Origin: Octopus bimaculoides
Taxonomy: Eukaryota
DNA: 64,000 nucleotides
Direction of reading: 5' to 3'
Assembly: GCF_001194135.2 (NCBI RefSeq)
Contig: NC_068994.1
Location: forward strand, 34,657,653 to 34,721,652
The notes below the pieces were generated by a model. It ran no database searches, had not been told where the DNA came from, and saw only the letters and a list, made by a program, of their open reading frames with translations. Below are positions 52,215-63,760 of this stretch, piece by piece (positions within the stretch are counted from its first letter, which is position 1; the number at the start of each line of letters is the position of its first letter). The position numbers were made by a program, and so were the translations under genes.

Positions 52215-53410
52215 GTTTATAAAGAGGACTGGAAACTCAGCAGAAATGTAATAGAAGATAGATGAGTTCTTAACTTTTGTATACGATTGCCAAATTCCAT
52301 CACTAAGGTAAACAAAAGTTAAGAACTCCTCTATCTTCTATTATTATTATTATTATTATTATTCAAGGTAGTAAGCCTGGCAGAATCATTAGCATAGCAT
52401 GGTGAGTAAAATGCTTAGTGGCATATTTTCCATCTTTGAAGTCTGAGCACAAATTCTGCCAAGGTCAACTTTGCCTTTCATCCTTTAAGTACCAGTTGAG
52501 CACTGGAGTTGATGTCATCTGTTAAAATTCTTCATTAAAAAATTTGGGGTCTTGCACCTATAGAAGAAAATGTTATCATTAAGAAGGCAGTGACATGCTG
52601 CAACCAGCACTTCAGGCAAAATACTTGGTAGTGTTTCTGCCTCATTACATTCTGAGTTCAAATTCCACTGAAGATGAATTCACCTTTCATCCTTTCAGGG
52701 TTATTTCATCAATCCTAAAAGGATGAAAGGCAAGGTCAACCTTAGTAGAATTTGAATTCTGAGTTCAAATTCTGCTAAAGTTAACTTTGCCTTTCATTCT
52801 TTCAATGTTGATAAAATAAGTAGCAATTTAGCACTGGGGTCAATGTAACCCCTCCCTCAAAATTTCAGGTGTTGTGTGTATAGAAAAAAAGGATTATTAT
52901 TATTGACGTGGCAAACTGACAGAATTATTAATGTGCCAGACAAAATACTTAGCAGCATTTCTTTTGGATTTACATTCTGAGTTCAAATTCCATCGAGGTC
53001 AACTTTGCTTTTCATCCTTTTGGGGTCAATAATATAAGTACTAGTTGGACACTGGGATCGATGTAATTGACTAGTTCCCTCACCACAAAATTTCAGACCT
53101 TGTACTTACAGTAGAAAGGATTATTATTACAAGTATCCACACCCATAAAATTTCAGGCTTTGTGCCTAGAGAAGAAGGGATTATCATTATTTAGGCAGCA
53201 AACTGGCAGAACCATTAGCATGCCAGGCAAAATGCTTGGTGGCATTTTGCCCATCCTTATTTTCTGAGTTCAAATTCCACCAAGGTTGACTTTACCTTTC
53301 ATCCTTTGGGGGTCAATAAATTAAGTACCAGTGAAGCACTGGGGTTGATATAATTGATAAGTCTCTTCCCCACAAATTTCAGGCCGTGTGCCTTTAGCAG
53401 AAAGGATTAT
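51029..53410 (+). repeat. Head-to-tail train of about nine SINE B copies separated mostly by (TTA)n
   Basis: Repeated ggcagaa..ttagca..caaaatgctt..gagttcaaattc..gcctttcatcc..aagtaccagtt..aaatttcaggccttgtg units, each ending in attatt. Confidence 0.9.
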
Positions 53411-53424
53411 TATTATTATTGGCA

Positions 53425-53464
<40 letters not shown>

Positions 53465-54261
53465 GTTGAACTGTATGTATTAATTTTTTGCTTTTCAGAG
53501 ACTGATTTTAATTAGCTTTTGTTATTTTCTGAGTGATATTAGTCCATGTTAAATCTGCATCTTTTCAAAANNNNNNNNNNTTTATTGATTTATCCAGAAA
53601 TAAAAAGTCCCTTGTGAAACGATAGCAGAATAAAGATGGTAGTGGATGGACGCTATAACAGTATGATGGGGATAATGTGTGTTTTGTCACTGATCTAGAA
53701 TTACAAAATTTTAGTGATAAATACAAGCAGCATGGAAACATGTAACAAAATATAATAAACGTATCATCATTAAAATATGAGTGTGTACATGCTTACACAC
53801 ACACACACACACACACCCCTATTCATATATATGTGACACTTTGGGCAGGTGTTTCAACTCTAGCCTCAGGCAGACCAATATCTTTTGCATGAATTCGGTA
53901 GGCAGAAACTAAAAGTCCATCTTGTGTGAAAGTGCTTGTGACCTTTAGATGGGGTGTAGGTATACAAAGATGTATATAAATATATCACAATATGTACATT
54001 ATATATATATATGTTAAATGTGTGTGTGTGTGTATTAAGCATAAATATATGTATGTACATAGGAATTTATATATATATGTACATATGCACTTTATGTATA
54101 TATAATCAGTATTCATATATCCAGAAGAGCAGTAGTATATTTCTTAGCAAGTTAAAAGTTATGGCCAGAGTGAATATTGGTTTCACACCTATAAAGCACT
54201 TAGCAATATGGGTGCAAAACCAATGTTCACTCTATGACGGGCCATCACTTTTAACTTATTA

Positions 54262-54311
<50 letters not shown>

Positions 54312-54321
54312 NNNNNNNNNN

Positions 54322-54366
<45 letters not shown>

Positions 54367-55605
54367 CACGTGTGAAAACATATATATATATATATACAGA
54401 CAGAAAGTCAGAGAGAGAGATACATATATATACATATACATATATACACATATATACATATACATACATATACATACATACACATATATACATACATATA
54501 CATACATACATATACATACATATACATATATACACATATACATATATATACATATACATACATACACATATATACATATACATATATATATATAGTCATA
54601 TATATATAGTCACATATATATATATATATATATANNNNNNNNNNNNNNNNNNNNNNNNNNNNNNNNNNNNNNNNNNNNNNNNNNNNNNNNNNNNNNNNNN
54701 NNNNNNNNNNNNNNNNNNNNNNNNNNNNNNNNNNNNNNNNNNNNNNNNNNNNNNNNNNNNNNNNNNNNNNNNNNNNNNNNNNNNNNNNNNNNNNNNNNNN
54801 NNNNNNNNNNNNNNNNNNNNNNNNNNNNNNNNNNNNNNNNNNNNNNNNNNNNNNNNNNNNNNNNNNNNNNNNNNNNNNNNNNNNNNNNNNNNNNNNNNNN
54901 NNNNNNNNNNNNNNNNNNNNNNNNNNNNNNNNNNNNNNNNNNNNNNNNNNNNNNNNNNNNNNNNNNNNNNNNNNNNNNNNNNNNNNNNNNNNNNNNNNNN
55001 NNNNNNNNNNNNNNNNNNNNNNNNNNNNNNNNNNNNNNNNNNNNNNNNNNNNNNNNNNNNNNNNNNNNNNNNNNNNNNNNNNNNNNNNNNNNNNNNNNNN
55101 NNNNNNNNNNNNNNNNNNNNNNNNNNNNNNNNNNNNNNNNNNNNNNNNNNNNNNNNNNNNNNNNNNNNNNNNNNNNNNNNNNNNNNNNNNNNNNNNNNNN
55201 NNNNNNNNNNNNNNNNNNNNNNNNNNNNNNNNNNNNNNNNNNNNNNNNNNNNNNNNNNNNNNNNNNNNNNNNNNNNNNNNNNNNNNNNNNNNNNNNNNNN
55301 NNNNNNNNNNNNNNNNNNNNNNNNNNNNNNNNNNNNNNNNNNNNNNNNNNNNNNNNNNNNNNNNNNNNNNNNNNNNNNNNNNNNNNNNNNNNNNNNNNNN
55401 NNNNNNNNNNNNNNNNNNNNNNNNNNNNNNNNNNNNNNNNNNNNNNNNNNNNNNNNNNNNNNNNNNNNNNNNNNNNNNNNNNNNNNNNNNNNNNNNNNNN
55501 NNNNNNNNNNNNNNNNNNNNNNNNNNNNNNNNNNNNNNNNNNNNNNNNNNNNNNNNNNNNNNNNNNNNNNNNNATACATACATATACATACATACATATA
55601 TGTTG

Positions 55606-56021
55606 GGCAATCTGAGACTGGTCTTAGCCAGTGAAAATTTGCTGAAAATCTTCAAATTCCTCTTGCTACTGTTAATAGAATTATAGTGCAATTCAAAAGC
55701 GAAGGAAGAAAAATCAGCAGATTAGGCCCTCGGAAAGGAAGCTTTGCTGTTTGAAGAGAATTGTGAAAAACTCGACAGATACCTAAATCTAAAAATGAAT
55801 TGTTTCAATTGTTGCATGAAAAATGGGCAGAAATTCCACAAGAGACAATCACAAACCTCATCAGAACCAAAAAGAGTTTCTGAATTAAACACTGCAAAGG
55901 GAATGTCAACTAAATATTAAAGTATGTAGTCCTACCTATCAATTACATTTCAATTGTTCACTTTGCGTTTTAGATGAAAGATTTTGAAAATTAAAAGGTG
56001 TCTATTTACTTCCTGCATGTC
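55606..56021 (+). mobile_element. Internally deleted Tc1-like element (N- and C-terminal transposase remnants plus probable right end)
   Basis: [33 protein letters not shown] (HTH) is joined almost directly to PKSKNELFQLLHEKWAEIPQETITNLIRT..KRVSELNTAKGMSTKY*, a typical Tc1 C-terminus. The left end is not visible; a gap (54635-55573) lies just upstream. Confidence 0.75.
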
Positions 56022-56785
56022 TGTGTATATGTATGTATTTGTGTGTGTGTGTGTCTTTGTGACTCTGTTTGTCCCACCACCATCATTTGACAACTAATGC
56101 TGGTATGGTTATGTCTTCATATCATAGCAGTTCAGCAAAAGAGACTGATAGGATGAGTACCAGGCTTAAAAAGAGGAAGTACTTGACTTGATTCAATTGA
56201 CTAAAAATTCTTGAAGGTCGTGCCCCAGGATGGCAGCAGTCTAATAACTTAGACAAGTAAAAGATAGAAGATATGTATGTGTGTGTATGTAGACTTAAAA
56301 GATAAGTCCTGAGGTCAATTTCTTCCACTAAAACTAGTTAAGCTGATGCCGTAGCATGGCCATAGTCAAAAGAATAACAGAATTACTTATGATAGGATAG
56401 CGTGAATGGCAAATAGTTAAATATCTTAATTTTTGAGAGCATTTCATTGAGAGTCTAGGACCTTGTAGGTAGAGGTGTAGATAACCAGCAGCAGAGGACA
56501 TACTGGTGTTTCTGGCCAGGGTTCAATACCATCCCGAGCAGAGCCAAATGGTATTTCACTTACTTTTTCTTTCTACATCTGCAACAATATTAAATTATAT
56601 AATAATAATAAATGTAGGAGTGGCTGTATGGTAAGAATCTTGCTTCCCAACCTTTCTGGGTTCAGTCCCACTCCTTGGCACCTTGGACAAGTCTTTTACT
56701 GTTGGCTCAGACTGGCCAAAGACTTATGAGTGGATTTGGTAGACAGAAACTGAAAGAAGCCAGTTGTGTGTGTGTGTGTGCTGGG

Positions 56786-57228
56786 AAAGATGAGATATTT
56801 AAATCTATTTTTATTATTGATTGGTCGCAATTATAGATTTAAGTATCTCATCTTTGACAGCAATTCATGGGGTGGGGGGGAACCCAGTTGACTTGTGGGT
56901 AAAGGTGAGTGTAGATGAACCGGGTGAGGGGGACATTCCGAAGTGTCCTTTCCTGGGTTCAATCCTAGTCGGGATAGGGGAAGAAGGTAAGTCTTTTCTT
57001 TTTCTTTTTTTCTCGTTAATACAAAAATATTTTAAAAAAATATATTTCTAGGTAGAGATTGAAACCTCTACATTCATACAAGGTGTTAGTTAAATTACTA
57101 ACACCTTTAACCATTAGGCCATAAAACCAACACCTGAAAAAGATATTAAAAATGAGATATTTAAATCTATTTTCATTATTGATTGGATACAATTATAGAT
57201 TTAAGTATCTCATCTTTGATAGCAATTC
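56786..57228. repeat. Pair of 81-bp direct repeats, each an internal hairpin, flanking a 281-bp structured spacer
   Basis: 56786-56866 and 57148-57228, about 6 mismatches. Confidence 0.85.
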
Positions 57229-58068
57229 GTATATATATATATATTNNNNNNNNNNNNNNNNNNNNNNNNNNNNNNNNNNNNNNNNNNNNNNNNNNNNNNN
57301 NNNNNNNNNNNNNNNNNNNNNNNNNNNNNNNNNNNNNNNNNNNNNATATATATGTGTGTGTGTGTGTGTGTGTATGTATGCTTGTGTAAATACATTTATA
57401 TGAACGTACTTGTATAAATGGTTTTGCATGCATACGTGTGTATAAATGTGTGTGTGTGTGTGTGTGTGTGCATATAAAAAATATATATGCATGCATGTAT
57501 ATATAAATATATTTATATGTATATACTTGGGTATACTCACAAACATACATATATGTATAGTTTAATGTGGGTAGAGCCTGTGAAAAAGACATTGGACACA
57601 TACAAGTGTGTATATAAAATAATTTCATTTGGGTATTAATCTTGGAATTTACCCTAGTAAGCTCATCCAGGTGTCCAAGCTATCAGAAGACTGATGGTAA
57701 TCCATATACTGTTTGTTATATCAAACACATGCCTGAAAATCATGATGCCTCCAGCGGGCAAAAAGGGGCCAATGCTCAGCTCTCTCGCCCCCACTTCCCC
57801 TCTCATGCTTCCTCTTCTGGTCAGCCCATTGACATCATGACCCTCTTCTTTTGGCTCATCCCCACAGACAGGAACTTCAAACATCCACTTTTCTATGCTT
57901 GCATGGGTCATACAAAATTTTGTTGAGCTGGATGTCCTTCCTGTTGCAAACCCTTACTTGTTTCCAAGTAAGGTAATAATTCCCCACTGACCATCCATGA
58001 AGAAAGGACACCACTTGCATGATGGTAACATTCATTTACAACTATTGCGAGTTGTCAAGGCAAAGGAC

Positions 58069-58110
<42 letters not shown>

Positions 58111-58559
58111 CAAGCTTCTTTCAGTTTCCATCAATGAAATCCACTCACAAAGATTTAGTCAGTCAAGGGCATACGAGAAGGTTTGACTGTTCCCAGCTTA
58201 GCTAGGGTCATGACGTCAATGGTCAAGGAGCTGACCAGAAGAGGAAGCATGAGATTGGAAGTGGGGTGAGAGAGCCGAGCGTTGGCCTCTTTTTGCCTGC
58301 TAGAGGCATCATGAACAGACATCCAAGGTACCATACAGTAGGACTGAACCTGGAACCATGTGTTTGGAAAGCAAACTTCTTGCTACACACCCACACCTGT
58401 TCCTCTGTGTGTGTGTGTGTATGTATGTGTGCGTGTGCATGCACACGCGTCTGTGTGTGTGTGTGTGTGTGTATGTGAAATATTAAATAACAAAATATAA
58501 AATAATGTAAGATGAGAAAAAAATAAGTGGTACATATCTCCCAAATATTTACAATATGA

Positions 58560-58970
58560 TACTTCACAAACGAAAAGAGCAAAAGGAGGGTGTTATCATT
58601 CATTGATATAGTTACTAATTTTCTCTTCATCTTAGCATTTTTTGTGTAACTGGTGTAATCATAGGGTTCTCTTCCATATTATGGCGTTATGGCAGTGAAC
58701 AATGAGAAATCTCGTAAGAAATATTCTTGCAAGTTTCACCAATATCAGTCTGTTTGAATTTATAGACCACTTTATTGCTTAGTTATGGTTACTTTAGCAA
58801 GAGGAGTTTTGAGGTTATTAAGTGCGATGTTTGAATTATATTGACTAATTGGTTTAGGTTGTTGTTGCACTAGTAAGGTGGGCCAAGGCGTTTGTAGTTG
58901 GCTTTAAATATAGTAATCTGCTTCATCTTATTCTATAAGCTTTTTCCATGTTTTCTGTAATTGAAGTATA
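58560..58970 (-). mobile_element. Probable Penelope-like GIY-YIG remnant
   Basis: Minus strand NKVVYKFKQ...IGETCKN resembles VVYxF..YIGET. Heavily decayed. Confidence 0.5.
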
Positions 58971-58994
58971 TATATATATATATATGTATACACA

Positions 58995-59211
58995 TGAGAG
59001 GGTGCTGAAAAGTACCTGGCTTTGAGTAAAAGAAAATACAAGAGGAACAGTTAATTATGATTTTATTGAACATATTCCACCTCTCAGATTCACACACTTA
59101 TTGCAGTGCTCCATCAGTTTCCCGAAGCCCTGTAAAAGAACTCAAAAGGTTGAGCCTCCAACCAGACCTTTCATGAACCCTTAAAGCCAAGAATTTTTCA
59201 GTACCCTCTCA
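58995..59211 (-). mobile_element. Mariner-derived MITE, copy 3 (217 bp)
   Basis: TIRs tgagagggtgctgaaaagtacctggcttt / aaagccaagaatttttcagtaccctctca. Internal sequence homologous to copies 1 and 2. Confidence 0.85.
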
Positions 59212-59249
<38 letters not shown>

Positions 59250-59334
59250 CATACATATATTTATATATAAAACATATATTTGTGTGTGTATAATATATGT
59301 ACATGTCTGCATAATTTCTGAGTATGTATATATA

Positions 59335-59733
59335 GGTACAGGAGTGGCTGTGTGGTAAGTAGCTTGCTAACCAACCACATGGTTCCGGGTTCAGTCCCAC
59401 TGCATGGCACCTTGTGCAAGTGTCTTCTACTATAGCCTCGGGCCGACCAAAGCCTTGTGAGTGGATTTGGTAGATAGAAACTGAAAGAAGCCTGTCGTAT
59501 ATATGTATATATGTATGTATGTGTGTGTATATGTTTGTGTGAATGTGTTTGTCCCCCCAACATCACTTGACAACCGATGCCGATGTGTTTACGTCCCCAT
59601 AACTTAGCGATTCGGCAAAAGAGACCAATAGAATAAGTACTTGGCTTACAAAGAATAAGTCCTGTAGTCGATTTGCTCGACTAAAGGCAGTGCTCCAGCA
59701 TGGCCGCAGTCAAATGACTGAAACAAATAAAAG
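59335..59733 (+). mobile_element. SINE family A, full length (tRNA-derived head, CORE-like middle, internal microsatellite, tail 1)
   Basis: A box ggctgtgtggtaag, B box gggttcagtcccac, gaccttgggcaag-like segment, tail ...gactgaaacaaataaaaga. Many copies in the window. Confidence 0.85.
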
Positions 59734-60098
59734 ATTATATAAAATACTCTTTTATGTATCACTAGTATATATTTGTGCAGTACACAGTCTTTGCATGTGT
59801 ATGTATTCTTATAATACTCCCTTTTGTTTTGAAATAAATAGACAAAACAGAATGTCTACAGGCTGATGTATGTCATTTTTGTATACCCTCCATTTTCTTT
59901 TTGCCATATAAATTAAGGGTAAACCACTTTTTATCCCAGCCCATATATGACATTCGATTGCAAAATTGCCACACAATAACCACCACTTAGGTATTAATAA
60001 TTGGGCACACTACCAGCAGTATATTGGACAGGTACTATCCCTTAGTTGGTTGGGTTCCCAACCTCTAACTCTTATGGAAATATATATATATATATATA

Positions 60099-61364
60099 TA
60101 ACGGTTGTACAAAATAATGGAAACACCTAGCATCATAATTTTAAAATATCTATAAAACCGTTAAAAGCTTGTTTATTTTTATGTTTTTTGATTTATTATT
60201 GGTGTTGCTTAATATGTTTTGCTAAAATTGCTGTTTCTTTTCAGTTTTCATCAGAAAAAGGTAATTAAAATTCAGATGACAGATCTATCAGACTTTCAAA
60301 GAGGTCAAATTGTTGGTGCTCGTATGGCAGGCGCAAGCATAATGAAAACAGCTGAAATGTTTGGTGTATCAAGAAGTACTGTCTTGAAAGTAATGACAGC
60401 CTTTGAGAATGAGGGAAAAACCTCTTTGTCAAAACAAAACTCCAGAAGAAAACCAAAACCTTCAGATAGGGACCGTCGGACTCTTACACAAATTGTTAGA
60501 AAGGATCACAAAAGTACAGCTCCCAAAATTACAGCAGAGCTTAATGACAACCTCGAGAACCCAGTTTCCACAAAAACTGTTCACTGGAAACTGCACAAAG
60601 CCAGATTTCACAGGAGGACTGCAATCAGAAAACTACTACTTTAAAAAACAAACGTTGTAAAGCATTTAAGATGGAGTAAAAACCTACAGAATTGGTCCTA
60701 GAGCAGTGGAAGAATGTCATTTTCTTGGACAAGTCATCCTTTACCTTATTTCCAACCAATGGCCGAGTATATGAGTGGAGACAGCCAAAAGAAGCATTTG
60801 ACTCAGACTACCTTTTTCCAACTGTTAAACATGGAGGAGGATCTGTGATGATCTGGGGGGAGAGTGTTGCTATATCTTGGAAATCTGCCAGCCCAATGGT
60901 TTCTCTTCATGGCAGAATTAATGGTCAAGACTATTTAAGCATTTTATCTGATCAAATTCATCCTATGGTTGCAGAACTATTTCCGGAGGGAAATGCAATC
61001 CTTCAGGGTGATAACGCACCAATTTACACAGCTAAAGTTGCTACTGAATGGCACGAGGAACATTCTAGTGAAGTTGAACATTTTATCTGGCCACCACAGT
61101 CCCCAGATTTCAATATTATTGAACATTTATGATGCATTTTAGAAAAACAAGTAATGAGTCAAGATCCTCCACCATCATCACTACAAGAACTGGAAAATGT
61201 TTTAGCTGAAGAATGGGCAAACATTCCTTTGGAAACAATTCAAACTTTGTATGAGTCCATAGCTCATAGAGTTCAAGCTGTAATTACTGCCAGAGGCAGT
61301 CCTACCCCATATTAAAATAAATTTGTTTAAAATTTTAAGGTGTTTCCATTATTTTGTCCAACCA

Positions 61365-61367
<3 letters not shown>
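60099..61367 (+). mobile_element. Tc1/mariner-superfamily DNA transposon, near full length (~1.27 kb), DD36E-spaced, inactivated
   Basis: ~30-bp TIRs: left taacggttgtacaaaataatggaaacacct (60099-) vs reverse complement of right end cagtggttggacaaaataatggaaacacct (-61367). TA dinucleotides/(TA)n on both sides. Transposase inside. Confidence 0.95.
60276..61315 (+). pseudogene. Tc1-like transposase pseudogene (~346 codons)
   Basis: Starts MTDLSDFQRGQIVGARMAGAS (paired-like HTH). Contains TVKHGGGSVMIWG, catalytic D (gac 60728), D (gat 61010, QGDNAP), E (gaa 61121, SPDFNIIE), and ends ...SPTPY*. Lesions: TAA 60642-60644, -1 frameshift near 60697, TGA 61130-61132. Confidence 0.95.
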
Positions 61368-61402
<35 letters not shown>

Positions 61403-61406
<4 letters not shown>

Positions 61407-61774
61407 TTTTATTCTTTTACTTGTTTCAGTCATTTCACTGCAGCCATGCTGGGGCACCACCTTTAATCAAGCAAATTGACCCCAGGACATATTCTTTGTA
61501 AGCCCAGCACTCACTCCATTGGTTTCTTCTGCCAAACCGCCAAGTTACAGGGACACAAACAGCATCAGTTGCCAAGTGATGTTGGGTGGAGACACACACA
61601 CACATATATACGACAGGCTACTTTCAGTTTCCATCTGCCTAATCCACTCATAAGACTTTGGTCAGCCCGAGGCTATAGTAGAAGACACTTGCTCAAGATG
61701 CCATGCAGTGGGACTGAACCTGGAATCATGTGATTGATAAGCAAGCTACTTACCACACAGCCACTCCTGCACCT
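61403..61774 (-). mobile_element. SINE family A, full length
   Basis: Reverse-complement homologue of 59335-59733. Confidence 0.85.
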
Positions 61775-61832
61775 ACGATAAGCATATGAATAATGTATGT
61801 GTATATGTGCATGTATAATGTATATGTATAAC

Positions 61833-61879
<47 letters not shown>

Positions 61880-62905
61880 TATGAATGTGTGTATAAGTGT
61901 TTTGAATCAATAACTTTGAGTCCAATAATATTTTGATTTGCCCAATGGCTTCGCGAAAGACTGAATGAAAGGATGCGGTTCAGTTGGTTGAATAAGGAAC
62001 CAGGAAAAAGAATGAAAATATACATATATATAGTTAGAGAATAGCCGGATATAGAAAAAGCAGGGTATGCTGGTGGGTGTGTAAACTAAATCAAATGTGG
62101 TGGAGGAGAGGTAAGTATTTACAAAAGCTAGCAGTGATGGAACATTGAAAATGACTGCAATCTTATAAATTACTTATAGCAACCAATCAAAATATTGTGT
62201 ATATTATTTATAAATGCATAACAAGGTATGTAAAGGATGTTTCTATTATTCTGTCAGAGGCTAGTATCAAGATTTGAGTATGAAATGAGATTGCCTGATT
62301 TAGCTGTCAGAATTGACAGAGTATTATAAACAGCAATGGTAGATTATAAGAAAAATTGTGGCCTTTTTAGTAAATCTTTGTTTAAATCCCACAATACATT
62401 TGAATAAATATTTCAAAGAACAAAAAAAAATCCTTTAGACATATCACTGAAATAAATGATTTAAGCCAATGAGGGTGACTGAGCTTCTATTTTTATGGGG
62501 AATTCAGACAATGATGGAAGCAATGTTCAAATCAAAGTACATTGTTATACTAAACAACAGCCAAAATACAAGCATCACACACAACAAACACATTCTGCCT
62601 TTGGTGTATCTCTCTAAAGTAGTACCAACACACGTCCATACTGTAAGAATAAGCATGCAGATGTACCTATAAGCGTGTATTTATATCAGATTTAATTTTC
62701 AAATAAATAAAGCTTCAAATTTATTAGTGAATTGTAATTTGGAATCTCAGACATTCAGGATCCTTCACAAGAGACATATGGGGAAAAGATTCTTTACGCA
62801 AACAGATCAATAGATTCTAAGTTAAGATCTCACACTTAAATGCAAAATGAAGACATACATAATTCAAGTTATACACACACACACATGTATGTATGTACGT
62901 ATGTT

Positions 62906-62938
<33 letters not shown>

Positions 62939-63289
62939 ATATCTATATATGTATGACCCTCTCACATACTTGCTCCTAGTAGTAGGAGCTTTTTCCTTTC
63001 CCCCGTTTTTGTTTTTTGTTCTTTTCTGTTTTGCAAGTTAGATGGAAGCCCCACAAAAAATGCACCCAGTACACTCTGTGAAGTGGTTGGCATTAGAAAC
63101 AGCATCAAGCCATAGAAACCATGCTAAAGATGAAGTTGGGGCTTGATGTAGCTCTACAGCTCTCTGGTTCCTTGACCAATTCATCCAAGCATAGAAACCC
63201 ATTAAATGAGGATGATGATATATGTATATCATGTGTATCTATATATATGCATATATATGAGTATGTATGTATATGATGCATGTGTGAGT

Positions 63290-63628
63290 ATGTATAGCGT
63301 AAGGAGTAAAGACCCCCTTTGGTTATGACTGACCATGGGATTGCACCTAGAAAGTTACCATCTGAGGCACAAGTCCCAGCCAGCTTGTTCATGGAAGACC
63401 AGCAGTCACCCATGCATACCAACCTCCCTTCTGCATGCCTCAATGCTGTCAAAGAGAAAGGCAAAGGCCAGTGCAGTTAGGCTCCAATGATGTCGCTACT
63501 CATTTCTACGGATGAGTGAATTGGAGCAACATGAAATAGAGTGTCATGCTCAAAAACAACACACAACTCTGTCCAAGAATCAAACTCATTATCTCATGGT
63601 TGTGAGCCTAACACTCTAACCATGCACC
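63290..63628 (-). mobile_element. tRNA-derived SINE with an RTE-like tail
   Basis: Minus-strand head ggttagagtgttaggctcacaaccatgagataatgagtttgattc, then ttgagcatgacactctatttcatgttgctcc and a tail with gcaatcccatgg. Confidence 0.6.
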
Positions 63629-63651
63629 TTCACACACACATATATTTATGC

Positions 63652-63703
<52 letters not shown>

Positions 63704-63760
63704 GTATGTATATTTATATATATATGTATATATATTATATATATACATATATTTATATAT

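Noticed and set aside
51029-53410. Regular repeat-spacer look, like a CRISPR array
   Set aside because: The units are ~200-bp SINEs and the spacers are microsatellites; eukaryotic context, no cas genes.
59335-59420. tRNA genes suggested by A/B boxes here and in other SINE heads
   Set aside because: No complete cloverleaf; they continue into SINE bodies.
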